From the NCBI RefSeq assembly GCF_006345805.1, contig NC_042998.1, positions 189,162,001 to 189,226,000 of the forward strand: a stretch of DNA of 64,000 nucleotides, read 5' to 3'. Both the position numbers and the translations under genes were made by a program. Below the pieces are notes generated by a model. That model was given only the letters and a program-made list of their open reading frames with translations, searched no databases and was not told the origin of the DNA. This document shows positions 11,547 to 25,200 of this stretch, piece after piece (within the stretch, counting starts at the first letter, position 1; each line of letters starts with the position of its first letter). This DNA comes from Octopus sinensis (taxonomy: Eukaryota).

Positions 11547-12861
11547 ATGTATACTCTTCAGTAGTATATGAATTAGACATCCAAGGGAGGCTACTCTTCC
11601 TGTCAATATTTTCGATATCTTTCATGTCCAACGAAGATGTGATTTCTTCCTTTCCACGTTTCTGTTTAAACCGGTAGGTAGGGAGGTAGGTAGGTAGATG
11701 GAAAGGTAAGTATGTAGGTGGATTTGTAGGTAGGTAGGTAAGTGCGTGCTCATGCGTGTAATTCTACGATCAGATTGTGCTTGCTCACATTGAATTTGTA
11801 AGACAGATATAACTTACAGATCAGTAATAAGTTTGTTTTTTTTTTTAAATATCCTTGCAAAATAGGCTTTTTTCAGAGATACTCCAACAACAGAAATTGG
11901 CATCGAACCTTGTGTTATTAGAACGATACTGAGTATGCAATACAAGTAAAGCAACTCCATTTCGTTTCTTAAAGTTGTTTCCCCTGAAAATAATATACGC
12001 CATGATTCATGTTGAGTAAAAGGATGGTTGTATAGAAAATGGAAGCCATTTTAGATAATGTTATCAACCGGTTATTGTTGTCAAAATTAAAGTCTCCCAA
12101 ATTCTTTATATGTTTAATGTTAGAAGCTGATTATTGTTATCGAAAAGGTTCTGTCCAAAAGTAATCACAATAATGAGGTCTCCATTGTGTTTTGCGTCGC
12201 CTGTACTTTTATATTTCTGCAGAACAGTGAAGGTCTTGGAACACTATCTAACTACTACACTGTACTACCACATTGCATGGTAACTAAGCATGGACATTCC
12301 AATTCTGTTAATGTCCCAGCAAACCATATAACACAATAGTTCATCTAATTATTTGCTCTTTTACTTTACTTCTCATACTTCTAATACCTGCTAAATATTT
12401 GGTTCGCATATCTGACAGACATGTGGACAAAATATTAATATTGATTAATATTTAACATTATTGTAGACCTGGTAACTAACTGTACTCGGAAGAATCCTGT
12501 TTAAACTGATTAAGAAGCTGTTTACAAATCGTTTTCTCCGACGTAATTTTTCTTAATCTCACTCTATTACACAGTTCCACTCATTATTTCGTTACACTAA
12601 TCATGTTTCTTTGTGAATTTAAAACAAACAAAAAATTTAATTTTACACTATAACTTCGGAAACTCGATATCTGCAGAATGCGAAAACTTATATGCATTTC
12701 TTAGAATGTTAGCAACAGTTATTTGTGTAGGTAAAATTCATATTCTAGATTGGTTATGCGAATTATATAAATTACCTGCACACGGGACAGTTTCTAATGA
12801 TGCAACGTTTGTTATAGTGAGAAAACGTCTTAACGTCGGCATGTATTTCATAAAAGGTATG

Positions 12862-12899
<38 letters not shown>

Positions 12900-13525
12900 C
12901 ACACACACACGACATATCTAACAGAGAACATAATAAAAACAACACTGAACCTGCGCTCGAAACGTCGAATTTTTTTAAATATATTGAATATTTTCAGCAA
13001 AAATCTATGTGCATGTGACAGAAAAACTGAAGGAAAGTTCCAAAGCTAACATGTTTAAAATAAAATCCATGTGTAATTGCAGATGGTTGATTTGGTACAT
13101 ATTATTATGATGAAATGTCGGAGTCAGTTGGTGGGACGATAAATAATTGTTAGTATAATTGCATACTGTAGGATGTGAAAGATGAACAATGCATGAAGTT
13201 TTAAAGAAATATTTATTTACTGTTACGTTACAATACCTTGCCTTGACGAGCAGGTTTTGATACATCCAAAAGCATGCAAAGTAAAGTTTGTGTATGTGAC
13301 CTCTTCATTGTTTAGTAGTAGAAATTAGAGAGAGATAGAATGACGTTGTAAGGGACAGAATTAGAGCTAGAGAGAATTGTAGGGTGTTGTTTCACAACTG
13401 TTGACAGGAGTTTTCATTTCTCTCGCTGACCATTATATTTAGTAGAGGTATCCCTTCTGATCATGATTCTAGCAGACCTTTCCTTAACTAATTGAGTCGT
13501 CACGAGCTGCCTCGTTCAGTTGTCG

Positions 13526-13559
<34 letters not shown>

Positions 13560-13786
13560 AAATAAAGAGAAAAAGGAGAGAGAGAAGGAGGGGAGGTGAA
13601 GAAGAAGAAGAAGAAGAAGACGTTTAGATAGTTATCTGCGTATCATACTAAATGTATTATCACACCATAGGAAGCTTTCTTGTCACTATGATTTTTGCCT
13701 GGGGGGAAAAACTTCTCGTAGATATATCATGTTAAAAACACAATATATATCGAAGCAAAACGAATATCGTCGCAGTAGTGACTCAC

Positions 13787-13928
13787 GTGAGCGTTAAACG
13801 CTCTTCGCCTTTCTTGAGGCTTGTCAATAACGCGTACCCATTCGTCACGAGCCAGACCGGAATTTGTTCCTTGATGTATAGGGAATAGGTAATAACACAT
13901 TCATTGACTGTGAAGAATGCTTGCTGAG
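13787..13928 (-). other. Candidate exon of an unidentified minus-strand transcript
   Basis: Acceptor T10CACAG and donor CTCAC|GTGAGT. One open frame QQAFFTVNECVITYSLYIKEQIPVWLVTNGYALLTSLKKGEERLTLT. No partner exons found. Confidence 0.3.
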
Positions 13929-14808
13929 CTGTGAAAAAAAAAACGGTGAACGCAACTGAAACACCATTAAAATAAAATAGCCAGATGTGTGTCATACTGC
14001 ATGTATGTACAATGTAGAAAGGCCTATCCTTATGGTTTTTGTCCGAGAGAAAATCTCCTTGTAGACATATTAGAAACACAATATATATAGATAGAGAGAG
14101 AGAGAGAGAAAAAATTGTGGGGTCAGGGTATCGAATAAGACGAAAATATGAATAAACAAACAATTAAAATATATACAATTAAATTAGAATGAGTGATTTA
14201 CAAAAATGAAGCAGAGGACGCGGTCGACCCCACAAACCACATACTCATACTGAAGACTTTGCTTTCTCTTTTTTATATTCTCGTTTAAACAAACGGCAGT
14301 GACACGCGGGAACGTTAGACGTGTTTCGTTCAGGCATGTGACAAATGGGTACTCGTTGTCAACAAGCTTCAAGGAAAGCGAACGAGTCTAACGTTCCTAT
14401 GTGTCATTGCTACGTCGATGCTCGTTTCGCTTAGATGCATACTGTATTTTTAATGCAGCATGCCTGTGAAGAAATTTTCTTACAGATATAAACAATAGCA
14501 GTAGCATTTTTCATTGTGCACATACATTTAGTATGGTACACTGATAGCTATTTTTATTCAATGCTGTTTCAATTTCGTTTATCGAGCTATTTAAATAGTT
14601 GTTTACGCAAATGCTTTTGTCTAGCTGGGTTTCTAGTGACTACCATCAAAAGACTAGCCTCGTGAGATGCCAGCTTAGTTACAACCCAACCATGCAATAG
14701 GCTGTACTGTGTTACATGTTACCAATAGCACTCATGAGTCATTGACATACATACATACATGTGTATACACATGTGTGTGCGTGTATCTCTGCATATATGT
14801 ATGTGACC

Positions 14809-14886
<78 letters not shown>

Positions 14887-14939
14887 TTTTGTCCACGGAC
14901 AAACAAACAAACACAACTGAAAATAATACCTCTGCCTTA

Positions 14940-15400
14940 GTGAAGGTGGGGGTAATAATGAAAATTATTGTGTACAGTGCTCAGGTGCACTACAACTTAT
15001 CAAAAGGTACATGTATAGTACATAGAAATATGTACAAAAGTCAGGAAAGTGAACAGAGTATGAGCCATGATATACATGTGTGCATGCGTATGGAGGTGGG
15101 GGATATCAGCTGTAGTGTTGGCGAATTTCAGGAAGCATGGAGGTTTTAAAGGATACAATGTCTTGGCAGTTAATGCAAGTAATTTGCTCCATGCTTCAGC
15201 AACTCTGAGTGCGAAAACATGTTTCCTAAAATCATGGGAGCTGTGCAGTTTTCTGACTTTAATAATAATAATAATGAAATTATTGTATACAGTGCTCAGG
15301 TGCCCCACAACTTGTCAAAAGTGCGTATAAAGTATATGCAGTAATGTACAAATGTCTGGAAAGTGAACAGTGTATGAGACAGTGTGTGTGTCATCCGTTT
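14940..15400 (-). mobile_element. CR1/L2-like LINE 3' ends, partly duplicated
   Basis: Minus strand RKHVFALRVAEAWSKL resembles the CR1 FFxxRVxxxWNxLP motif. The segment TGAAATTATTGTRTACAGTGCTCAGGTGC occurs near 14958, 15275 and 47920. Confidence 0.55.
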
Positions 15401-15661
15401 AAACACCGATATTTGAATCTAAACTGCAAACTAATGAGTCCTTAATAGCACAATGTCATCTCTACGTACAAAACCGAACTACAGAATCTCGTGGTACCTA
15501 AATATAGTTAGAGGGACAGGACTCTTTGAGCTTTAAGCTCATATATAGATACAGTTTTCATCGAAACAAACTCGCACCTTCAATTTTAATATTAAAAAAG
15601 AAAATCTATATACTCTACATGTATATATGGACATACACACACACTCTCTCTCTCTCTCTCA

Positions 15662-15709
<48 letters not shown>

Positions 15710-16199
15710 GCATACGCACACACACATGAAAAACAAAATGTTCAAGAGACCACTACTGTTGCAGCTGTGTTTTTGTTCATACAGACAGACTGACATTCAG
15801 GCAGACAGATATTACAAACTAATGAAACCCTTGCTGAGGTTGAGATGTCTTTGCCTTGGAGAGGTTATGGTGTGCACAATGTGAATCGTTTGAGAAAATA
15901 ATATACACTATTTAAGCTGAACCAGCAAGGGAGCCTTTGCGTCGTGATTGTGACGCTAAAATACAACAACTAGATTTCCGTAAAATCATATGGTAATCTC
16001 ATTTAGAAAAAACACTTTGGTTAATGTATTTCTGAAAATAATATAAGATGGTAACGATTCTTCCCTCAGAAATCTGCTCATTCAGTTATCTGGGTTTGAA
16101 GAACAACTGTCAACAAGACAAGCGAAGTCAAATATAGTAGCAGAGTATTTCACTGCCATTATATGATGAAATAAATTAGTACTGGAATTATTATTTACA

Positions 16200-16791
16200 A
16201 CCTATTTCTTTACTACCCACAAGGGGCTAAACACAGAGAGGACAAACAAGGACAGACAAACGGATTAAGTCGATTATATCGACCCCAGCGCGTAACTGGT
16301 ACTTATTTAATCGACCCCCAAAGGATGAAAGGCAAAGTCGACCTCGGCGGAATTTGAAATCAGAACGTAACGGCAGACGAAATACATATTTCTTTACTAC
16401 CCTCAAAGGGCCAAACACAGAGGGGACAAACAAGGACACACAAACGGATTAAGTCGATTATATCGAACCCAGTGCGTAACTGGTACTTAATTTATCGACC
16501 CCGAAAGGATGAAAGGCAAAGTCGACCCCGGCGGAATTTGAACTCAGAACGTAGCGGTAGACGAAATATCTATTTCTTTACTACTCACAAGGGGCCAAAC
16601 ACAGAGGGGACAAACAAGGACAGACAAACGGATTAAGTCGATTACATCTACCCCAGTGCGTAACTGGTACTTAATTTATCGACCCCGAATGGATGAAAGG
16701 CAAAGTCGACCCCGGCGGAATTTGAACTCAAAACGTAACGGCAGACGAAATTTCGCCCGGCGTGCTAACGTTTCTGCCAGCTCGCCGCCTT
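16200..16791 (-). mobile_element. SINE family A, three-unit concatemer
   Basis: Three units of about 182 bp (core plus tail) with one head. Flanked by a 52-bp direct repeat at 16148-16199 and 16792-16843. Confidence 0.9.
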
Positions 16792-17556
16792 TTTCACTAC
16801 CATTATATGATAAAATAAATTAGTACTGGAATTGTTATTTACATCCATCATCGAAATTACAACTCAATCTATTATATTAATTATTTACTCAATTAGGTTT
16901 TATGTTTAACTTCGTACATTATGCAAATCACGCAAATACCGTAAATAAATTTCCTGCTATTCCTTTCAACTTTTACAAATGTAACAGACCTGTAACCCCT
17001 ATCGATTTAGTGATTTAGCAGTCGTTCAAGGAAAAAGTGTACTGAAGACTGCCAATCCCATAAATATCTACACGACATTTAAAGGTTGACTGTAAACATT
17101 AATACTTATCATTCCTTATTTTCTTTCATTAAGACCCATTTCCTTTTTTTCTGTGTTTGTATACGTTGAGGCGATTATGTGTGCGTGTTTCTTTGTTGTG
17201 CAAGTGTACTTATGTAGGTCTTCATGGGCCACACCGTTTTCCTAAATATTTCAATACAATCAACGCACCTGAAATAAACATCCATTCTCTTTAATAGTAA
17301 ACAAGGAGAAGTGAGATGGGTTGGCAGTGTCACAATACCTTGCGGTATTTATGATAATTTCCTTTGCGTTCTACGTTCAAACTACACCTGCGGACGACAA
17401 CCACGTCACTAGAGGGGCAAAATAATTGTTCTATTGAAGAAGAAATATAAAAACAGCTTAAGAAGAAATCATATAAAAACAGCTAAATGGCCCATTTAGA
17501 ACAAGTAGAATCCTAATGGAATTGGCCCGTTCGTCTGACAAGAGCAAAAGGTGTTG

Positions 17557-17779
17557 AAGGCGGCGAGCTGGCAGAAACGTTAGCACGCCGGGCGAAATGC
17601 TTAGCGGCATTTCGTCTGCCGCTACGTTCTAAGTTCAAATTCCGCCGAGGTCGACCTTGCCTTTCATCCTTTTGGGGTCGATTAAATAAGTACCAGTTAC
17701 ACACTGGGGTCGATGTAATCGAATTAATACCTATGTCTGTCCTCTCTATGTTAGCCCCTTGTGGGCAATAAAGAAATAA
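17557..17779 (+). mobile_element. SINE family A, monomer
   Basis: AAGGCGGCGAGCTGGCAGAAACG...CCCCTTGTGGGCAATAAAGAAAT. Confidence 0.9.
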
Positions 17780-18789
17780 GAGTAAAAAGTGTGGTGCTAG
17801 CGGGTTCAGTGATTGTGCTCTTCACGAGCACATGGTATTCTAGTGATGTTGGTGCCCAACTCGACAGAAACTTGTGTGAGAACACCAAACTGAAGGAAGA
17901 TACAGTGGTACCAAATAATAAGGGAGGCGTTAAGACACTTGGCAAACGCAGCTGACGGAGCCGTTAGCAAGAGCAGTGTGTGAAAGGTGTCACTATAGAC
18001 AACTCCAAAAACTTTTGATTTTCTTGCAGGAAGGGTCAAATTGTTAGCAAAGAGGCAGACAGCAAGTCTCTTAGCATTCTACCTGTTTCATGACAGTGAT
18101 GATGAATTTCAAAGCACATTGCTAAACCTACTCCAATGTAGCCTCTGTTACAGAGATGGGCTCCTCTCTATCGCCACCTCTCCATTTCATATTTTAAATA
18201 CTCTTTTCTATATAAAAGAGCATATGTACACCATCGTCGCCACCATCAGCAGCAAATAAATTCTATAATAATTTTGACTTTAAAATATGGAAAGTTGGAT
18301 AAGATATCCTCTTTTCCCTTTATATATTACTCTCCTCCTAAGTTACTCTATTTCTCCCTCGTTCGGTTCCAACAGACTTTATCAAGTTTCTAGAACAGTC
18401 TCACCAGAGATAAAGGGAAATAAGGCAAGGCTGAACTTTTGTAAAATTATTATTTGGTGGAATCGCTAAAGCGTTCCATGTCTACCTTCTGGTTTCATAT
18501 CCCACCATGATCAAATTTGACTTTTATCCTTAAGAAGGTTGATAAGTGAAATAAATGTCAACATTATAATGTTTCCCCCACTAGCAAAAAAAGTTTCTGG
18601 CTTTGCACTTACGTTAAAAACGGTTATTCAATTTTTTTAATCTTTTGGGAGTAGGGAGGAAATCTTAAACAGAAACTATTTAATGCCATCACATTGTACA
18701 TCATTATTTCTATTCTCTTGATATTTTTCGAGAAGACAAATCTAATCAAAAAGTACGTCCTTTTCTTTCTAAAATGCATATTTCCCCTG

Positions 18790-19085
18790 CCCTAAACAGT
18801 ACCTGAAATTTTAAGAAAAACTCTGCAATAGTCAATCCTATCTTTGTTTTTTCCTGTGTGCTACAACAGTGATGCACAACCTTATTCAGAAGATGACCTA
18901 CCGGGAAGAAAAAAACCTGGAGCATTTCATGACAACCGGAAATCTGAAACGGAGAAAAAGACAAGCATGACAGTGCGAGAAGATAGCCGATGGCCTTACC
19001 AGCTGGCTTTAGAAAGACTGGCCTGATAACATGCTAAATATGTGGAGGAGCATGATCACCGACTGATGTATGACACATGAAGAGA
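18790..19085 (+). mobile_element. RTE-clade LINE 3' fragment, decayed
   Basis: Frame MTYREEKNLEHFMTTGNLKRRKRQA*QCEKIADGLTSWL*...WRSMITD matches the RTE C-terminus LEHLVTTG...RGRQREK.LDGLTSWL...WRSMI. Confidence 0.75.
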
Positions 19086-19341
19086 GTGAAAGAGAAAAAA
19101 GTAAGAAAGAAAGTGAGACAGACAGATAGGGAGAGGGACAGAGAGAGAAGAGAGGGGTCCACAAAATTCATAAGGAAAGCTTCATGAACCACCAAATATG
19201 AATTTACTTTTAATTTCATTAAGGAACACCGTGGGGTATATTTACAATTAAGAAACTAATCATGCATTGTATAGTTTATGTAAGTTTGCTTTCCATTAGT
19301 TTAGGTTTTAGACTGTCATCTCTCTATATATAAACGGCAAA

Positions 19342-19379
<38 letters not shown>

Positions 19380-21483
19380 TTTATACAAATCCACAATTTT
19401 TCAGTTAGAGGGCTCACACTTTCTATGGTCATTCAAAACCGTCCAAGGGTGGTTGTACACATCTTTACATTTCCCCAGTCACCCCGCAAAGCCATTAAAA
19501 AAACAATAGAAGTTACTTTTTTGTGAATTTTCTATCCAAAACCCAATCAAAATGCCTGAAACTTGATACGCCAATTGAATGCCAGCTAGCTGTATGTGAT
19601 TGGTCGGAGATTTGGACAGTACTCGCGTATATGTACGCACGCACGCAGCTGTATATGCATGCACTAGCACTATGACTCGGCGTTGCCGAGTCACAGTGCT
19701 AGTATGCAAATAAAAAATTAGTAACTTCCTTGATCTCATGAAAGCTGCCGTGGACAGCCAAGACCATTGTACATCATTGTTATATCATAATTACAACAAG
19801 GATAGTGTATTGAACGAATCCGTAAAGCTGCAGACAAAATATCTTATGCTTTCGAATCCAAATCCCGTTGTCGACTTTTCCTTTTCGTTCTTCAAGTTTT
19901 CATAAAATAACTACCAGTCAAGCACTTCTGCGGATTAGTTTTAACATATTATTCCCTTCCCCAAGATTCCTGATATTTAGTATTGGAAATTATTATTACA
20001 ATATTCTGATGGCAAAATTTGCATTTTGAGTCCAAGTTTCGTTGAGCTCAACTTTGTTGTCATTCTTCCGAGGTCGATAAAATAATGTAAAACTACAGAG
20101 GAAGATATAACTAATATTATGCCTGTGCTAGAAATGATGATTATTGTTAAGAGCAAGAAGTTGACAAACTAGGTTAAATGCATTATTGAATTGTATTTTA
20201 TGATCGTCTAATTTCTCGGATAGAATCCTTACCTCAAAAAAATCTTCATTTCGTTTTCTGAGAATTAGTAAAATAGTACCAGTATCATAAGTGTAAGTAT
20301 GGTTACTACGTAGTTTCGGGTTCAGTTCCAGAGCGCTACACCTTGGGCATGTGTTCTTTACTTTGAGTCGCCCAAAAGCTTTGTGAGGGAAATTTAGTAG
20401 TTTGAAACTATGTGGAAACCCACCAGAAGAACAGATCCTCTTCTTTTGTGATATATTTAATCTGACGCCCAACTTAACACCACCATCTGGCTCGGGACAC
20501 CATTAGTGAAGTCCTCTGTGTTGCAAGTATTCGGGTCAAGTGTTCGGTCAGAGGATAACTTTCTCCCGGCCTACCACTAGTTTCTGAAGCCCTTGAAACG
20601 GTCTATGGTATTGACTTTCCTCTCTGAATAAAAGTTTTTTTTTTTATAATCCCATCAGGTTTGGCTTAGCTTTTCATCCATTTGGTGCGGTGGGACAATG
20701 AAAATAGGTACCAATCAGGTACTAGAAAGATTTAATTAACAATACTCACCCCCACCCCGAGAAAAATGGTGATGAATGACTGAAATAGTAAAAGCTGGGA
20801 CCTACTATGTGCATGGCTAAGATGGGCATTGCCTATCTAGATTTAAACTATAAATATTATTAAATAATACAAATGATTTCCTGTTCATTATAAAAATGCT
20901 AATTTGATGCATGGAATGCAAATTGGTCTCTAAGAAAAATACTGGATAATTAATTCGGTTAAATGTCTAATATTGTAATCATAGACCAATTCTGAAATTT
21001 TGTCCAGTTCTTTTTTGTGATAATTTAATTTTTATATTAACAGTTAATGCCATTTTGATTGAGGTCAGAAAATAAGGATGAAAGAATTGAAAAAAGCGAA
21101 ATTTATGCATTTGTCATGTCGAGTTAGCCTGCGTGAACAGCCATGATGACTCGTTAATTCGTTGATTTGTAAATGACTTTTAATGAACGGATTATAATGA
21201 AGTGTTGTCATTAGTTGTCTCTAAAAATATAATGCTCTGCAGACACCAATCTGGATTTGTTCAAACTGTACATCATCCACAAACATTTCACAAGTTTAGA
21301 AAAACCTGCAATGATCACAGGGAGTGGCTTTTCTCATCTGAACAATTTATTGAAAAAACTCTAAAACATATTTACCTTCTTAACAAAATGAACATTTATG
21401 TTATAGAGAATATTATTTGAGCAATAATATTCTCTATAAAATACATTTCAAATCCACAACTGACAACGATAAAAGGTGGTATA

Positions 21484-22716
21484 CAGGGTGTCTCGAAATT
21501 AAGGCAACCGAAGTTTCGGGCTTTAATAACTATCGATACATGTGATAAAATATGAAAATTATACATCATTCTAAAAACTTGGTGAGTCTTCTGTTTGTTT
21601 CAGACTAAATAAATTCAGATTTATAAATGAAATAATGGTTATATATCGAAATACAATCATAACCCTCCACAAAGGAGACGAAAGTAATACAGCTATAACC
21701 GAACAATAGTCTGGAAAACTGCCAAGTAATTTCAAGAGACTAGTTTCACCGCTGACCGACCTGGACGCGGCCGAAAAAGAAGTGTGCGGACCCCTCAGCT
21801 TATCGAAAGTACCAGAGAAAACATACGACGAAATCTTCGTCTTTTTATCAGAAAACTGGCTGCCACAGCAAAAGTAAGCCGAACATCGATCCGCCGTTAT
21901 GAGCTCACGTAAGTTTATAAGACCATGAGACCGGAGAGAAGTCATCTTACCCTGCGTCAGATTGCTGAAGGCACGCTGCCCAACCTGATGTTTACTGATG
22001 AAAAGAAATTTGACATCGAAGTCAGTAAACCACCAGAATGACCGACACTGGAGTGTATCTGGCTCCGTCGAGGGTAGACATGTAAATCGACTTCAAAATC
22101 TACAGTCAGTTATAGTTTGGGTGGCTGTGGAAGCCACTGGAAAGTCTCCCCTCATTTTTGTACCCTCGGGTGTCAAAATTAACACCCAACGATCCATTAG
22201 CGACATTCTGGAAGCTGAACTGTTTCCACGGCTGAATGAACACTTTCAAGGCGCACTTTGGAGCCTCCGACAGGACTTGGCACCATCCCACAGTTCCAAA
22301 CAGAAAAACATTCCGTCATTCATAGGCAAAAATGTATGGCCCTCAAGAAGCCCCGATCTCGACCCTTGGATTTTTCTGTTTGGTCCATTTTAGAGACGAG
22401 GGTCTCGAGCACTCCTCATGCTTTGCTCGACGCTCTGAAGGCAAAACTGCACCAGGAATTGGTTTCAGTTCTGCAAGAACAGCTGTGTGCCACATGTGAA
22501 GCATTCACACCTAGACTTAAGGCTGTGTTTCGAAACAGAGATAGTCATATCGAATAAATGTGGTAGTGTTATAATTATTTACCATCGCATTGCAACGCTT
22601 TACCATCGCATTGCAACGCTTTACCATTGCATTGCAACGCTCGGACCCGAAATATAACAATATTTTGCTGTGGCAAAATTGAAAGAAGTTGGTTACCTTA
22701 ATTTTGGAACACCCTG
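21484..22716 (+). mobile_element. Tc1/mariner element, DD37D (maT)-like, full length but disrupted
   Basis: 26-bp TIRs CAGGGTGTYYCRAAATTAAGGYAACC (22/26 match) with TA on both sides. Motifs FTDEKKFDIE, VWVAV..GKSPLIFV, QDLAPSH and WPSRSPDL across frameshifts. Confidence 0.9.
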
Positions 22717-22759
22717 TATATACCTATATCTATCTATCTATTTATCTATCTGTTTATCC

Positions 22760-22791
<32 letters not shown>

Positions 22792-23177
22792 GTTTGATTT
22801 TTTTTATCATTCCCTTTCTTTAAATCTCTTCTGGTAAATGAAATACATCAATACATAATGATTTTAGAAGATATTTCATCAGTTCACTAATCTTACAGTT
22901 TAATGTATATTATGAACGTCTGTTCCCAAATATTGTTCTTTGAAAAGAATTAGTCCGTTCAATTTCGAAGTGAAAAGTCAGAATGTATTTCTTCTTTCCA
23001 TCATTCTAACCACAACGCACACATACACACACGTGTGCAATACTCTTCATATACAAACGCTTAATTTCATTGACATCAACTACTAAAAGGGGATCTTCGT
23101 TTATACTCCTTCGTTATTATAAACTATTATGTTGTTTTGTTACTTGAATCTCTAACCTAAAACGGTTGATATTCTTT

Positions 23178-23409
23178 TACTCTTTTACTTGTTTCAGTCA
23201 TTTGACTGTGGCCATGCTGGAGCACCGCCTTTAGTTGAGCAAATCGACCCCAGGACTTATTCTTTGTAAGCCTAGTACTTATTCTATCGGTCACTTTTGC
23301 CGAACCGCTAAGTTACGGGGACGTAAACACACCAGCATCGGTTGTCAAGCGATGTTGGGGGACAAACACAGACACACAAACACAAACACAAACACATACA
23401 CAAACACAA

Positions 23410-23490
<81 letters not shown>

Positions 23491-23632
23491 ATATTATACA
23501 TATATACGACGGGCTTCTTTCAGTTTCCGTCTACCAAATCCACTTACAAGGCTTTGGTCGGCCCGAGGTTATAGTAGAAGACACTTGCTCAAGGTGCCAT
23601 GCAGTGGGACTGAACCCAGAACTATGTGGTTC
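23178..23632 (-). mobile_element. SINE family B
   Basis: Reverse complement of the family B body with an expanded (TA)n. Confidence 0.9.
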
Positions 23633-23828
23633 GTCTCAACGTTTGGGTTTTTTCATTTTCTCTTTTTTTACCTAAAAAGAAGTTGACATCATATACCGAC
23701 TAAGCTATCGAAAGGACAGAGCTTCATACAATGTCTTGTGGTGAATTTGGGATATGGAAACTGTGTGGAAGCCCGTTGTATATATACATGTGTATCTGTG
23801 TCAGTGTGAGCGTGAGAGCGTGTGTGTG

Positions 23829-23883
<55 letters not shown>

Positions 23884-24244
23884 TTTGGGAAAGGAAATTT
23901 AAAAGGGTAAAAGATAAATAAATGCGAAATAACATGTTAGGTGATGTCAGTCAGTGTTTATCTAGTCATAGTTGAAATAAGGTAGGACTGTTTGCACTTT
24001 TGGACGTGTCAGCATAGACAAGAGAGATGGAGAAAGAAAATAGGAAAAAAAAATTAAGTCAGAAAAGGTAAAAAAGAAAAAATAGGGAGGAAGAGGGACA
24101 CTATGTAGAAATAAACAGAAGAGAACCGTATGGTTTAGGAAGGATTGGCTTTCGTTATTGGTCAAATGTTTAATGAGTTTAGAAAAAAAACACATTTGTC
24201 TAGGAAAACATGCTGTAATCTCTTAATGCTAACGTACGTAAACG

Positions 24245-24515
24245 TCTGAGTGTGTGTGTGTTGTGTGTGTGACTGTGTGTGTGACTGTGTGTGTGTGTGA
24301 GTGTGTGTGTGAGTGTGTGTGTGTGTGAGTGTGTGTGAGTATGTGTGTGTGAGTGTGTGTGTGTATGTGAGTGTGTGTGTGAGTGTGTGAGTGTGTGAGT
24401 GTGTGTGTGTGAGTGAGTGTGTGTGTGAGTGTGTATGTGAGTGTGAGTGTGTGTGTGTGTGTGAGTGTGTGTGTGTGAGTGTGTGTGTGTTGTGTGTTGT
24501 GTGTGTGTTGTGCGT

Positions 24516-24547
<32 letters not shown>

Positions 24548-25200
24548 GCATATTGTGTTGTATCAAAGTATTAGAATCACCAAAGTGTATATTTTGGTAT
24601 TCTGTTTTACGAAACGTTGATTAAACGAATGGTTGGGTGACTGTGAGTTTGATAGACTGTTTTGCTTTTATTGATACTTTTTAGGTGTTTTCCTTTTAGA
24701 TTTTTTTCTTTTTATAATTGTTGTATACGAATGCGCTCAATTATATTGATGTATTCATCTTTACAGAATATATCATAGTTCCAGTAGTGTATGTATGTAT
24801 GTATGTATGTATGGATGGATGGATGGATGGATGATGGATGGATGGATGTGTGTGTATATATGTATTTATGTACGTATGCATGTATGTATGTATGTATGTA
24901 TGTATGTATGTATGATGGATGGATGGATGGATGGATAGATGGATGGATGTGTGTATATATGTATTTATGTACGTATGCATGTATGTATGGATGTATCTAT
25001 GGATGTATCTATGGATGGATGGATGGATGTGTGTGTATATATGTATGTATATACGTATGCATGTATCATGTATGTATGGATGGATGGATGGATGTGTGTG
25101 TATATATGTATGTATATACGTATGCATGTATGGATGGATGGATGGATGGATGTGTGTGTATATATGTATGTATGTATGTATGTACGTACGTACGTAGTGT
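24245..25200. repeat. Compound microsatellites (GT/GAGT, then ATGT/ATGG with higher-order units)
   Basis: Directly visible. Source of the spurious H/T- and M/D/G/W-rich ORFs. Confidence 0.95.

Noticed and set aside
11555-11668. Minus-strand KRGKEEITSSLDMKDIEN... candidate exon
   Set aside because: Weak splice sites, and joining it to the 13787 donor gives a stop.
12124-12279. Signal-peptide-like frame VSIVFCVACTFIFLQNSEG with a GTAACT donor
   Set aside because: No ATG in that frame and no compatible downstream exon.
16200-16791. Regularly spaced repeats as a CRISPR-like array
   Set aside because: The units are whole SINE segments with no unique spacers, in eukaryotic DNA.
17780-18200. Possible L2 RT remnant or transposase fragment
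   Set aside because: Motif similarity is too weak to name a family.
18844-19026. ORF VCYNSDAQPYSEDD...LALERLA as a terminal host exon
   Set aside because: Another frame matches the RTE LINE C-terminus, so the ORF is an off-frame reading of a LINE relic.
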